A stretch of 63,847 nt of DNA, counting the filler, from Octopus bimaculoides (lineage: Eukaryota): assembly GCF_001194135.2 (NCBI RefSeq). It is 5 parts of 4 records of this genome, joined end to end, with 100 filler letters (N's around TTAATTAATTAA, not from the genome) between each part and the next. Parts side by side here need not be neighbours in the genome. Positions count along the whole stretch, not along the records: positions 26,943 to 40,462 come from NC_068996.1; positions 40,563 to 49,435 come from NC_068991.1; 3 more parts are not named here. The stretch is one strand, 5' to 3'. Of this stretch, positions 35,201-47,575 are shown piece by piece; position 1 is the stretch's first letter, and every line of letters starts with the position of its first letter. The translations under genes and the position numbers were made by a program. The notes under the pieces were generated by a model. The model ran no database searches. It was not told the DNA's origin and worked only from the letters and a program-made list of their open reading frames with translations.

Positions 35201-35560
35201 GTGTGAGATTTGAGCGAAGTTTGCAGGAGATCAGACGGTAATTCAAGTATTTGTTGAGGGAAATTTTAGTGAGATTTGAGTGGGATTTGAGGGAGATTTG
35301 AGTGTGGAGGTTGAGTAAGATTTGCACAAGATTTTTGTGAGTTTTGAGATATGAGAAAATTTGAATGAGATTTGAACGGAGTCTGAGGGAGAGACAAGGG
35401 AGATTTGTCCGAGATTTTAGGTAGATTTTGAAGACAAGCGAAATTTCTTCAAAATTTATGGGAAATTTGAAGAAAATTTGAAGGAGAGTTGAGACAAATT
35501 CAAGCGAGCTTTGAGAGAAGTTTAATTGAGATTTTAACCAGATTTGAGCGAGGTTTGAGG
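32280..35560. repeat. Degenerate ~10-11-bp satellite (GAGATTTGAGC-like) with orientation switch
   Basis: CTCAAATC-type units at 32280-32850 and GATTTGAG-type units at 32965-35560; exact 33-bp tandem at 33901-33966. Confidence 0.88.
32712..32784. repeat. 15-bp minisatellite GTGGGAGAGACAGAA, ~4.9 copies
   Basis: Read directly from the sequence. Confidence 0.95.
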
Positions 35561-35739
35561 GAGAATTAAAGGAGATATATGAAAGAATTAGACGTAATCT
35601 GAATGTATGTTAATGATTTTCACGTATGTAACTGAATGAGAAAAGAAATTCCAGGTGAGAAATCAAAGGGCCTTAAAGTTAACTTAGCAAAGGCAAAGTT
35701 CTAGTAAGCAGGAAAACTAACAGGATTCTACCCATTTCA

Positions 35740-36345
35740 GATAGATGTCCCTGCTCGATATGTAGGAAAGTGTAGATAGAAATTCCATACTGTGTACAAA
35801 GTGCAAGTTATGGACACACAAAGGATGCAGTAGAATCACAGGAAAGCTAACGGGGAAAATAGTCTTTGTATGAACAAAATGTACGAGAGAAAAGAACACT
35901 AAGGACTCATGAGAAACAGATTTTCTCGAATACTCAGGAGGTAGTTGATACAGATAGTTTATGTTACCTAATAAATGACTTTGTAAAGAAATGTGTTCAC
36001 TGAATGCAGAGGACATGAAAAGACTACCGAGAAGTGAAGCTAATATGCTACGTTGGATGTGCAATGTCCGTATACATGTACGATAAAATGCTGGAGTATT
36101 GAGGAAAAAAATTAGACTTAAGAAGAATCAGATGTAGTATGAAAAGAGACGATTTCCACATGATGCGTATAAATGAGAAACGCTGTATAATGAAAGTAGA
36201 CGGTCGCTGAAAGTAGATGGAAATTGTGAAAAGGGAGACCCTGAAAGATACGAGAAGAACTAGTAAAGGCTGATCTTAAGATGCTGAACCTCTCGGAGGA
36301 GATGTTTCGCTGTACTCGCGAAGATCCGTCTACCACAGCAAAAAT
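35740..36345 (+). mobile_element. RTE-clade LINE 3' fragment with Cys-rich finger, internally deleted
   Basis: CPCSICRKV..LCTKCKLWTHKGCSRITGKL; later EDMKRL..EANMLRWMCNV..LRKKLDLRRIRC. Confidence 0.75.
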
Positions 36346-36419
36346 GATGTCCTGAAAGCATTCTGTTTATACTGTTATGTTTATAACTCATTCTGCCTGT
36401 TAATCATTCTCCCGACACA

Positions 36420-36896
36420 GGCGCAGGAGTGGCTGTGTGGTAAGTAGCTTGCTTACCAACCACAAGGTTCCGAGTTCAGTCCCACTGCGTAGCACCTTGG
36501 GCAAGTGTCTTCTACTATAGCCTCGGGCCGACCAAAGCCTTGTGAGTGGATTTGGTAGACAGAAACTGAAAGAAGACCATCGTATATATATGTATATGTA
36601 TATGTGTATATGTATATGTGTGTGCGTGTGTGTGCGTGTGCGTGCGTGTGAGCGCGGGTGTGTGTACGTGTGCGTGTGTGTATGTGTCTGTGTTTGTCCC
36701 CCCAACATCGCTTGACAACCGATGCTGGTGTGTTTACATCCCCGTAACTTGGTGGTTCGGCAAAAGAGACCGATAGAATAAGTACTAGGCTTACAAAGAA
36801 TAAGTCCTGGGGTCGATTTGCTCGACTAAAGGCGGTGCTCCAGCATGGCCGCAGTCAAAATGACTGAAACAAGTAAAAGAGTAAAGAGTAAGAGTA
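36420..36896 (+). mobile_element. Full-length young CORE-like SINE family B with internal (TA)/(TG) microsatellite
   Basis: A box TGGCTGTGTGGT; B box GGTTCCGAGTTCAGTCCC; ACCTTGGGCAAGT CORE-like motif; internal microsatellite ~36582-36685; 3' half ends in GAGTAA repeats. Confidence 0.93.
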
Positions 36897-36949
36897 TACA
36901 CTTCATTTTCCTAATACCCAACCACTATTTAGCACTGGAGGTGGTATCT

Positions 36950-37925
36950 GCACATATCACCCCTTCAACTTTCTTTGTAATACCAATTACCGCCCCTCCT
37001 GGAACCACTTCCATCCTTTAATCCTATTTTCTTCTCTTCCTCATTACACTCTTCTCGCCGATCATCCTCTTTCTCTACCTTCTGTTATCTCTCTCTACTG
37101 CCACACTCCATTTTAACACTTTTCATATCCATTATCTTTCTCTGCAACCTCCTCAATTCCACCCCAACTCACTACAGCCACTTTTATGTACTCTTCGCTT
37201 CCCTCCCCTCTACAGTTACACCACGCACATCATTTCCCTACTTTCTGATCTATCCATTCTGAGCCACTTCTGTCTCTCCCACTTTACATATCTCCATATT
37301 GCCATTTCTTATCATCTACACATCCACCCTTTTTCAAGACCTACTATATCCACATATATCCCATCTCCAACCATTTATTACTTTCTCCTCGCACTCATAT
37401 AAAAATATCCACTCCCTCCTCTGTTCCCTATGACCCACTGTCTCTATTCTCTCTTATGCTCGCCTACTTGAACCTTGAGAGTTTCTTCTAGCCCGCCATA
37501 AATACTTCCTTTCATCTCTTCAGTCCTTCCCACTGTTATTTATTAAGAAGAGTTGTCTTATATGTCCTCTGTGGCAAGACACTTATGCTTGTCCTTCTAT
37601 CTTAATTTAGTTTTTCAAAGCTTGCCATAAATTCATCATCTCGCCCTCAGATTACTCCTCACTAAAATTATTGGGAGTTCCTCCACCCCACCCCATTTCC
37701 TTGTTCTTTTTCTGTCTTGCAAGTCACTCGATAACCTCACTAGTGCCGGTAGCATGAAAAAGCACTCTGTAGACTCAGTAATGTGGTTGGCATTAGAAAG
37801 GACACCCAGACGTAGAAGCCATGTCAAAGCTGACACTGGAAAACCGCGTAGCCCTACGGCTTACCGGATCTTGTCAGACCGTACAATACACGTAAAACGG
37901 ACGTTAAATGACGATGATGATGATA
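36950..37925 (+). mobile_element. Long pyrimidine-rich element with RTE-like (GAT)n tail, copy 1
   Basis: Shares blocks with 39030-40400 and ends GGACGTTAAATGACGATGATGATGAT. Confidence 0.6.
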
Positions 37926-39029
37926 TTTTCACATTTTCCTCCCTCCATCTCAATTTACCATCCCATTAAGCAATATTCAATACCTAATGATTTACAACAG
38001 TATTTAAATATTTAAATAATCTAGTCGTTTATATTCATTTCTAATAATTCCTGTCTTACTTATTTTGTTCTCTGGTACGAAACTAAAATAACATTTTAGT
38101 TTGATAAATAAGTTAAGCTAGCTTTGTATTTATCCAATATGGCCGCTCTGTTATTTCTCGCCAAGGTTCTTGTCTTTTCTTTCGTTGCGGAGTTAATAAG
38201 TATATTGAATGGGACAGATATTTACAGATAAGCTTTAGGATTTTTAAATCAATAAAATCAATGTTGGACAGTTGTGTAATTGTTTTGCGCTTTTTTTTTT
38301 TTTTTTTTTTTTTTTTTTGATTTCTAATTATTTTTTTGAAGTGGTTTCACAACATGCTAGAAATAATAAGCAAAGTCCCTCATTTTGTTTTCTTTTCATA
38401 TGAAATCGAAGGACAATTTACGAAGTATTATAAAAGAGATTTCATATAGGTGGTTTAATGTTATGCCAGAAATAATAGCGATGCGCCCGCAGATTTGCGT
38501 TGTTTCATATAAAAGTGGATAAAAATCTTTGGTTGGACGTCCACATATCTGCGAGTATAGAGAAGCGAAACGAATATGCAAATGCTTAAAAGAGACTTGT
38601 TACATGTCATTATTTCTCTTTTTAATTAGTGAACAGCTTAATGTTTAAAATTTATCAAGTTATCATCGTAAAAAAAAAAGCTCATTTTTTAAAGAGAAAA
38701 ATTGAAAACTCATAAAAATAACTTCGTTTCGCTTCAGTAGGACATGTTTCGTTTCGCTTCAGTAAGCGATATTTATTTTTGTAGTTTCCCTTTTCACTGC
38801 CAGGTCGGTCCACATGTATAAAAATGTAGTAACGATATAATATGGCGATTTCTCTGTCTCTTTTTCTCTCTCACTCTCTCGTTCTCTTTCTCTATCACGC
38901 TCTCCCTCCCTCTCTCTCTTTCTCTTTTCATACACACACTCACACATATATGTGTGTGTGTGTGTATACGTGTTCCCTATCTATAATATTACTCGGCTGC
39001 TGTAATCACCTGAGTGTAGACTGGCGCAT

Positions 39030-40400
39030 ATTACACACACCCCACCTTCTGACTACCTCCCTCCTCCCCCTTCTCCGTGGAAACATTTCCGTTTCTCATT
39101 ATTTCTGCCGTTCACCTCCGTTTGTACCTTCAGCCACTGATCTGTTTCCAATTCTTAACACCTCTCTTATCTATTATCGTTCTCAATGCCCCGCCACCTC
39201 ATTTCTGCTATCCCATCTCACTTACTATAGCCCCTTATCTTACCTGTGTATCTCTTCCATCACCACCCCATCGCCACTACACCTTACACATTATTCTCCT
39301 ACTTTCTGACCTATTTCCCTTCCTGAGTCACTCCTACATCTCTCAACTTACCCCAATCTCCATACTAGCATTTACCTCAACTGCACCTCCGCCCTTCTTC
39401 ACTCACTACATTCAACACCACCACCACCGTCTGTTACTCCCATCCTTACAGTCTTATGAAAACATCCACTCTCTCAGGCTCCTGTCTCCATGACCCACTG
39501 TCCACATCCTCTCTTATGCTCACCTTTTTGTACCTTGAGAGTTTACTCTGACATTCCGTCATCCCTTTCTTTCATCTCTTCCTCAACTACTGTCACCCAC
39601 CTCTATACAGGTCGTCGTCGACTTACGACCTATCCAACTTACGGCCGATCGACTTTACGACGATTGGTGCGCCAGCTCCCGGCAACAATTATATATAGTC
39701 CAGCTGAAATCTAATGGGTTAGAAATTAACTCATCTAGGAATGGTGTCTGCTAACAAACGCTAATTCTAGGTTTGGTTTTCGATCGCCGCTGTGGTTATC
39801 CCAAGTGTTGGATGAATATCTCGTCGCAGAGAAATCGAGGCAACCTCGTATTTGTTCCTTAGACAACTGCAGTAGTATAATACAGAATGCTGTGTGTGAC
39901 TTTTACCTGAGAATGTACCTTAAGAATATAAAAATATAAAACAAAGCTATGTAGGCCAGTAGGCCGACTTACGACCAGATTGACTTACGACCAGTCAGAT
40001 GGAACCAATCTTGGTCGTAAGTCGACGACGACCTGTATATAATACGGGCGTAGCCAAGTATGACCCCTGTAGGAAGGCATTTATGCTTGTCCCTCTATCA
40101 TATTTTTAGCCTTTCAGCATCCGATATAAATCAACTTTCCCCTCACAAATACTCTCCTTTTAACAGTGGGAGCATTTTTTTTTCTTTTCCTCTCGCTGTT
40201 CTTCTTCTGTCTTGCTAGTTACTCACCAGCCTCACTGTTCTGGTGTCACATAAAAAGCACCCAGTACATTCTGTGAAGTGGTTAGCATTAGGAAGGGTAT
40301 GCAGCCACGGAAGCCTTGCCACAGCTAACGTTGAAGTCCGATGCGGTCTTGTGGCTCACCGGATCTTGTCAGCCCATCAACGCACGTCAGCTTGGAGAGC
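39030..40400 (+). mobile_element. Long pyrimidine-rich element, copy 2, interrupted by a MITE
   Basis: ATGACCCACTGTC..CTCTCTTATGCTC..CCTTGAGAGTTT, TTATGCTTGTCC.TCTATC and AAAAAGCAC..GTGGTT.GCATTAG.AAGG..CCGGATCTTGTCAG all match copy 1. Confidence 0.6.
39608..40035. mobile_element. pogo/Tigger-like MITE, 428 bp
   Basis: Perfect 23-bp TIR CAGGTCGTCGTCGACTTACGACC, TA on both sides, and subterminal GACTTACGACC repeats. Confidence 0.95.
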
Positions 40401-40420
40401 TGTGAGAATAATAGCCCTCA

Positions 40421-40462
<42 letters not shown>

Positions 40463-40584
40463 NNNNNNNNNNNNNNNNNNNNNNNNNNNNNNNNNNNNNN
40501 NNNNNNTTAATTAATTAANNNNNNNNNNNNNNNNNNNNNNNNNNNNNNNNNNNNNNNNNNNNATATATATATATATATATATAT

Positions 40585-40740
40585 ATAGTTTTCTAACAAA
40601 TCCACTCACAAGGCTTTGGTCGACCCGCAGCTATAGAAAAACTCATTTGCCAGAGGTTCCACGCAATGGGACTGAACCCGGAACCATGTTGGGAAGCAAA
40701 CCTCTTACCACATTGCCATGCTTGTGCCCCACACTGCCAT
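40585..40740 (-). mobile_element. CORE-like SINE family B, 5' half
   Basis: AAATCCACTCACAAGGCTTTGGTCGACCCG..GGGACTGAACCCGGAACCATG, with (TA)n and a gap on its 3' side. Confidence 0.88.
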
Positions 40741-41231
40741 GCCTGTGTATTCTTTTATTCTTACTTGATTCCGTTATAAGCTTTGCCGACACGTTGGAGC
40801 ACCAACTCGTCCTTGGTGCTTATTTTTTTTTAAGTCTATTATTTATTCTATCGGTATGACTGATTTCCTTATTATACTTCTTAGAATTCTCCAACAAGCT
40901 GAATTTTTGGAATACGGTTTTGACCAATCCGCATGCAGCTTAAACATTCCTTTTTACTACAGTTGTCAAGAATTCAACTGTCAGTTAAATACATCTTGAA
41001 GTCTGGTGATTACTACGAACGTATGAAAGCGCTAATTGAACTTCACGAACATTACAAAATATTTTTTTACTGTTTATCACACTTCACCATTGTTAAAAAA
41101 AATTATTACTTAAAATACTACAATAAAAAACGTGAAAACGAGACCATGTTTTAACGTTATTCAATTGATATATATATGTGTGTGTGTGTGTGTGTATGTG
41201 TGTGTATGTGTGTGTGTGTGTGTGTATGTGT

Positions 41232-41262
<31 letters not shown>

Positions 41263-42049
41263 AGTGTGAGTGAGTGAGTGATTGTATGTATGTACACACG
41301 CACCTACACGCACACAAACGCACACAGATACGATATATGTGTGTATTTATATATCTATATCTGTTTATCTAAATATAGCACAGACTTCTTGCTGAGTCAT
41401 TATTCACCCTTTATGATTAATTTTGTCGCTTTGACAAACTGAACTTAACAGGTTATGTCACCGTGTGCAAAATATAACTTCCTGAATGCACTTAAGTGCC
41501 CTCTAGTCGGAAATTTTGAACCGGATTTTCAGTCATTGTTTCACTTTGATATAATAAGTTGCCTCTTAGATCCTGGTCGATCTATATTTTAACTACCCAT
41601 GTCAAAAATGTTGGTACATTCTTTTCCAAAAATGTATCCAATTTTAGGCTGACAAGTGGAGTCTTTAAATGTACCTGCAATTTAAACGCGGTTACATATT
41701 CCAAGTTAACTGCACGTCCTATAGTCAAGGTGCATTCTTTTGATTTCTGAAATCCTACAGATATAAACACACGGTAGCGTTTAGTTGGTGAGCGGTTGTA
41801 CACATTTAGAGATTTATTATTTCTCACAAATGAACAAAAATTATACTGACTTGGTTCACGTGCATGGTGTATGAGTGTGTACGTGTGTGCTTGAATGAGT
41901 GTATGCGCGTATGTTTGTGTGTGTATATATACAACCTCATATATCCTTCACACATGTACACAATACTACATTATCTTAAGATATTATGAGTGACGCAAGA
42001 ACCAAGACGGTGTCACGCAGCACTTGTGACGCACAAAAACACACATACA

Positions 42050-43525
42050 CTCTGTCCCAGTTTTCAAAAAGGGAAACAAGTCCCTTGCAGTGAACTACCG
42101 GCCGATCTCACTCACCTCTCATATCATCAAGGTATTTGAGAGATGGTGAGATCACGAATAATCCACTTTCTTGAAAGCAACAGACTGCTGAACCTCAACC
42201 AACATGGGCTCCGTAATGGAAGGAACTGCCTAACGCAGCTCCTGCATCACTTTGATGACATTTTGAGATCTTTGGGAGAAGGCTCTAACACCGATGTCGT
42301 CTACGTTGTTTTCAGCAAGGCCTTTGACAAAGTTGGTCATAAAATTCTCTTGAAAAAACTATTCAATATTGGTGTCTGACGAAAGTTGCTACAATGGATC
42401 AAGTGTTTCCCAACAGACAGATCCCAACACGCTGTAGTCGAAGGAATAAAATCAAACCCAGCCAAAGTCAGTAGTGGTGTTCCACAAGACACTTTGTTGA
42501 GCCCCTTCCTTTCATTATTTACATCAATGAAATTATTGACATAATCAATCACAGCAACATAAGAATCTTTACAGATGCTTCCAAGCTCCAGAAGGTCATT
42601 AATGAAGTGGATGACCGGATATGCCTTCAGTCAGATCTACTGGCTGTCATTCAATGGGTGGAAAAGAACAACATGCTGCTAAGCGAGGACAAATTTGAGT
42701 TAATCCACTTCGGAAAAGAGAATACCCTGACACCCCATACTCCCTTCCTTCAGGTGAAACTCCCATGGCATCCAACAACATCAGAGACTTGGAAACAACA
42801 TAAACTCGGCCGCTCATATAAACAGCAAAATTAACATAGCCGGCAGAATGTGTTCCTGGATACTCAGAACTTTTGACTCGAGAGATATCCACACCATTTT
42901 CCTTCTCTTCTCCACTTTTGCCCAGCCCCACCTTAAATACTGTTGTCTACTGTGGCCTCCTCACACGAAACAAAGTATCATGAAAGCTGAAGCATCTCAA
43001 CGGTCAATTACTAAAAAGATAGATGGCATGATAGGCCTTGACTATTGCGGTCGACTAGAAAGGCTCAAGCTTTATTCCCTCCAACGCCGCCGTGAGCGCT
43101 ACGTCATTTTCATGATGTGTATAGTATTCCATCATTATTGCCCAAATGATTTTGGCATCTCCTTTAAGATACACCCAAGACTTGAGTCCCGTGCTATCCG
43201 TCCACAACATAAATCCCACTCGCTTCTCATAACAACGATACGGCACAATTATTTCACCTCAATTGGTCCCACGGTCTTTAACATTAAACCAAATCACATT
43301 AAAACAGAAACAGACTCCATAAAGTCCAAGAAGTCTTTGGACAAACTCCTTCAAAGAATCCCGGTTAAATCTCCTACACCCGGATATGTTTCCGTAGACA
43401 ATAACTCTCTCCTCGAGTGGGCCATGTTATCTGATTCCTGATTTGAATGACTTAGCCAGGTGGTTCTATTTAGTTAGGCATGGCTTGGGGAAATACTGGC
43501 CGAAACCTATAAAAGGATCAAAGTA
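42050..43525 (+). mobile_element. 5'-truncated CR1-clade LINE (pseudogenised RT plus 3' end)
   Basis: VPVFKKG..NYRPISLTSHIIKVFER; QHG..GRNCLTQLL; FSKAFDKV; SGVPQ; IFTDASKL; LERLKLYSLQRRRERY; stop at 43441. Multiple frameshifts and stops. Confidence 0.96.
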
Positions 43526-44724
43526 TATACATATATAAGCATGCACGTGTCAATTGAACGACTAAACATCAACCTACACATTCCCATATGTAGATTTCTT
43601 TTATATAAGTTTATATATATNNNNNNNNNNNNNNNNNNNNNNNNNNNNNNNNNNNNNNNNNNNNNNNNNNNNNNNNNNNNNNNNNNNNNNNNNNNNNNNN
43701 NNNNNNNNNNNNNNNNNNNNNNNNNNNNNNNNNNNNNNNNNNNNNNNNNNNNNNNNNNNNNNNNNNNNNNNNNNNNNNNNNNNNNNNNNNNNNNNNNNNN
43801 NNNNNNNNNNNNNNNNNNNNNNNNNNNNNNNNNNNNNNNNNNNNNNNNNNNNNNNNNNNNNNNNNNNNNNNNNNNNNNNNNNNNNNNNNNNNNNNNNNNN
43901 NNNNNNNNNNNNNNNNNNNNNNNNNNNNNNNNNNNNNNNNNNNNNNNNNNNNNNNNNNNNNNNNNNNNNNNNNNNNNNNNNNNNNNNNNNNNNNNNNNNN
44001 NNNNNNNNNNNNNNNNNNNNNNNNNNNNNNNNNNNNNNNNNNNNNNNNNNNNNNNNNNNNNNNNNNNNNNNNNNNNNNNNNNNNNNNNNNNNNNNNNNNN
44101 NNNNNNNNNNNNNNNNNNNNNNNNNNNNNNNNNNNNNNNNNNNNNNNNNNNNNNNNNNNNNNNNNNNNNNNNNNNNNNNNNNNNNNNNNNNNNNNNNNNN
44201 NNNNNNNNNNNNNNNNNNNNNNNNNNNNNNNNNNNNNNNNNNNNNNNNNNNNNNNNNNNNNNNNNNNNNNNNNNNNNNNNNNNNNNNNNNNNNNNNNNNN
44301 NNNNNNNNNNNNNNNNNNNNNNNNNNNNNNNNNNNNNNNNNNNNNNNNNNNNNNNNNNNNNNNNNNNNNNNNNNNNNNNNNNNNNNNNNNNNNNNNNNNN
44401 NNNNNNNNNNNNNNNNNNNNNNNNNNNNNNNNNNNNNNNNNNNNNNNNNNNNNNNNNNNNNNNNNNNNNNNNNNNNNNNNNNNNNNNNNNNNNNNNNNNN
44501 NNNNNNNNNNNNNNNNNNNNNNNNNNNNNNNNNNNNNNNNNNNNNNNNNNNNNNNNNNNNNNNNNNNNNNNNNNNNNNNNNNNNNNNNNNNNNNNNNNNN
44601 NTATATATATATATATATATATATTTGTAAATACATATATATTGTGTAAACTTACATACATATATGTGTATATACGCACACACATACATATATGTGTACA
44701 TACATACATGCATGCATGCATTCT

Positions 44725-44860
44725 GGTAGTTAGCAGAATCGTTAGAACGTTAGTTAGAAAGGTGGTTTGTGACATTTCTTCCAGCTCTTTACGTTCTGTG
44801 TTCAACTGCTTACGAGGTAAACAATGCCTTTCATCTTTTACGAGTCGATTAGTACTAATT
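44725..44860 (+). mobile_element. SINE family A, old copy
   Basis: TAGCAGAATCGTTAG..TTTACGTTCTGTGTTCAA..TGCCTTTCATC. Confidence 0.7.
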
Positions 44861-45749
44861 ACGAACTGTATTCTGCTACAACACTTAAGTTTTTTCCCTT
44901 CATATTCTTTAGTGATAACATCGAGGGCACCAATTATAATTGCTAATCTACGTACTCACATTCCAAATACTTTCCTTTATTGTATTTAGAAGACCTTTGC
45001 ACATTCAGCTAATTTGTGCCAATATTTTTCATCACCAGCTATGAAATATCTCTCAGAGGGAAAAAGCTTTTAACTTTAGCCTTAAATTAAATCGAGCTAT
45101 TTTGAACAGCATATATACTAGAACATTAATACTATGATACGAAGTTACTAAATTGACCATGTTATATCAGATTTATTAGTGAATTTGTTATGTTTAAACA
45201 GCGCATTCTCCGATTTGAAAGTTTCAATATATAGTCTGTGAATACATACCATCTTTACAAACAACAGGCAATAATTGAGATCGTCTATTGTTTCTAAATA
45301 TTGACTGCATAGTGCGCAGTTGACATAAAACAAATACTTTACTTTGTAGTTCTTAATGACTTGGTATTGATCCAGTGCAACTAAAATCAGGCGTTCTCTT
45401 TTCTGCCTTCAGTCAAGATCTTTTTCACTACAGTCGGCTCATTTCACGTAGTTCACTTCTCTGTCTTGTCTCGAGGGGTACTGCCCATGGAGAGCTTTGC
45501 TTCTCTATTTTGTCTTGTTTGGTTTAGATTTGCGGATTTTATTTTTATTTCCAGTTATGCTAAAGTCAAAATGTTTTTATGCTTTTATTTCTTTATTCGA
45601 GTTTGTTTTATTGTTTCTTTATGTTAATTATTCTACTTTGTTCTTAATTAAAGAATTTTCTAGACCCCAAAGTCATTATTTCTTTTTCTCCTCTCTCCCT
45701 CACGTTTTCTCACTGTCTGTCTATGCGTATTTGTCTGTATGTATGTTTG

Positions 45750-45780
<31 letters not shown>

Positions 45781-45856
45781 GTATGCATATATTATGCGTT
45801 TGTGTGTCTGTGTGCTTGTATGTATATATGTACGAATATATGTTAAGGTATGCACA

Positions 45857-45909
<53 letters not shown>

Positions 45910-46829
45910 NNNNNNNNNNNNNNNNNNNNNNNNNNNNNNNNNNNNNNNNNNNNNNNNNNNNNNNNNNNNNNNNNNNNNNNNNNNNNNNNNNNNNNNNNNN
46001 NNNNNNNNNNNNNNNNNNNNNNNNNNNNNNNNNNNNNNNNNNNNNNNNNNNNNNNNNNNNNNNNNNNNNNNNNNNNNNNNNNNNNNNNNNNNNNNNNNNN
46101 NNNNNNNNNNNNNNNNNNNNNNNNNNNNNNNNNNNNNNNNNNNNNNNNNNNNNNNNNNNNNNNNNNNNNNNNNNNNNNNNNNNNNNNNNNNNNNNNNNNN
46201 NNNNNNNNNNNNNNNNNNNNNNNNNNNNNNNNNNNNNNNNNNNNNNNNNNNNNNNNNNNNNNNNNNNNNNNNNNNNNNNNNNNNNNNNNNNNNNNNNNNN
46301 NNNNNNNNNNNNNNNNNNNNNNNNNNNNNNNNNNNNNNNNNNNNNNNNNNNNNNNNNNNNNNNNNNNNNNNNNNNNNNNNNNNNNNNNNNNNNNNNNNNN
46401 NNNNNNNNNNNNNNNNNNNNNNNNNNNNNNNNNNNNNNNNNNNNNNNNNNNNNNNNNNNNNNNNNNNNNNNNNNNNNNNNNNNNNNNNNNNNNNNNNNNN
46501 NNNNNNNNNNNNNNNNNNNNNNNNNNNNNNNNNNNNNNNNNNNNNNNNNNNNNNNNNNNNNNNNNNNNNNNNNNNNNNNNNNNNNNNNNNNNNNNNNNNN
46601 NNNNNNNNNNNNNNNNNNNNNNNNNNNNNNNNNNNNNNNNNNNNNNNNNNNNNNNNNNNNNNNNNNNNNNNNNNNNNNNNNNNNNNNNNNNNNNNNNNNN
46701 NNNNNNNNNNNNNNNNNNNNNNNNNNNNNNNNNNNNNNNNNNNNNNNNNNNNNNNNNNNNNNNNNNNNNNNNNNNNNNNNNNNNNNNNNNNNNNNNNNNN
46801 NNTATATATATATATATATACATATATAC

Positions 46830-46861
<32 letters not shown>

Positions 46862-46939
46862 ATGAAGAGAGAGAGAGATACACACGTACGTACATACATA
46901 CATACATACATACATGCATACATACATACATACATACGT

Positions 46940-47515
46940 GGAATGTGCTATTGAAGACCTCAATAGAATATAAGCACAACATACCTGTTACATTGATTTG
47001 GGATAGAGAAGAGAAGCAGTTATGGAAATTAGCCGCCCAGCGGATGTTGACATAAAGCTGAAGATCAGTGGAAAAGAGAACACCTATGCTGAACTATTGA
47101 GAAATCTGTGATTACTCTATCCAGATCATAAGTTCAGGTTTATACAGTAATTATTGGGGCCCTGGGATATGTAGCATACTGCCTAAATACTAATCTTGAG
47201 AAATTAGCTTCTCAAAACAGGAAGGAGAAAGCTAATTCAAAGACTACAGATCCACTCCATCACTGGAACTGTAAAAATCTGTAAAATTTTCCAAAAGTTT
47301 ATCATTTAAATATATATATGAGCATGTCTAGATATGTAACTATATGCATGAGAATACATACATAAAACATACAAATCGACAATACATACATACATACGTA
47401 CATACATACATACATACCCCGTTGTTGATGTTGAAACTCCAATGAAGGAGACTTGGATCTAGGTTAGGAACAGATCCTTTCTCTATTGGCAAAAAATCTT
47501 GAAATAAACTGAATA
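46940..47515 (+). mobile_element. RLE-type LINE 3' fragment, distinct subfamily
   Basis: KHNIPVTLIWDREEK/VMEISRPADVDIKLKISGKENTYAELLRNL*LLYPDHKFRF/IIGALGYV..SITGTVKICK. (ATAC)n upstream and inside the 3' UTR. Confidence 0.8.
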
Positions 47516-47544
47516 ATGACACACAGATATAACATGACAACGAA

Positions 47545-47575
<31 letters not shown>

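Noticed and set aside
43507-47055. Very long ORFs (370-485 aa) in the ORF track
   Set aside because: They are open only because they run through N gaps and TA/TG repeats.
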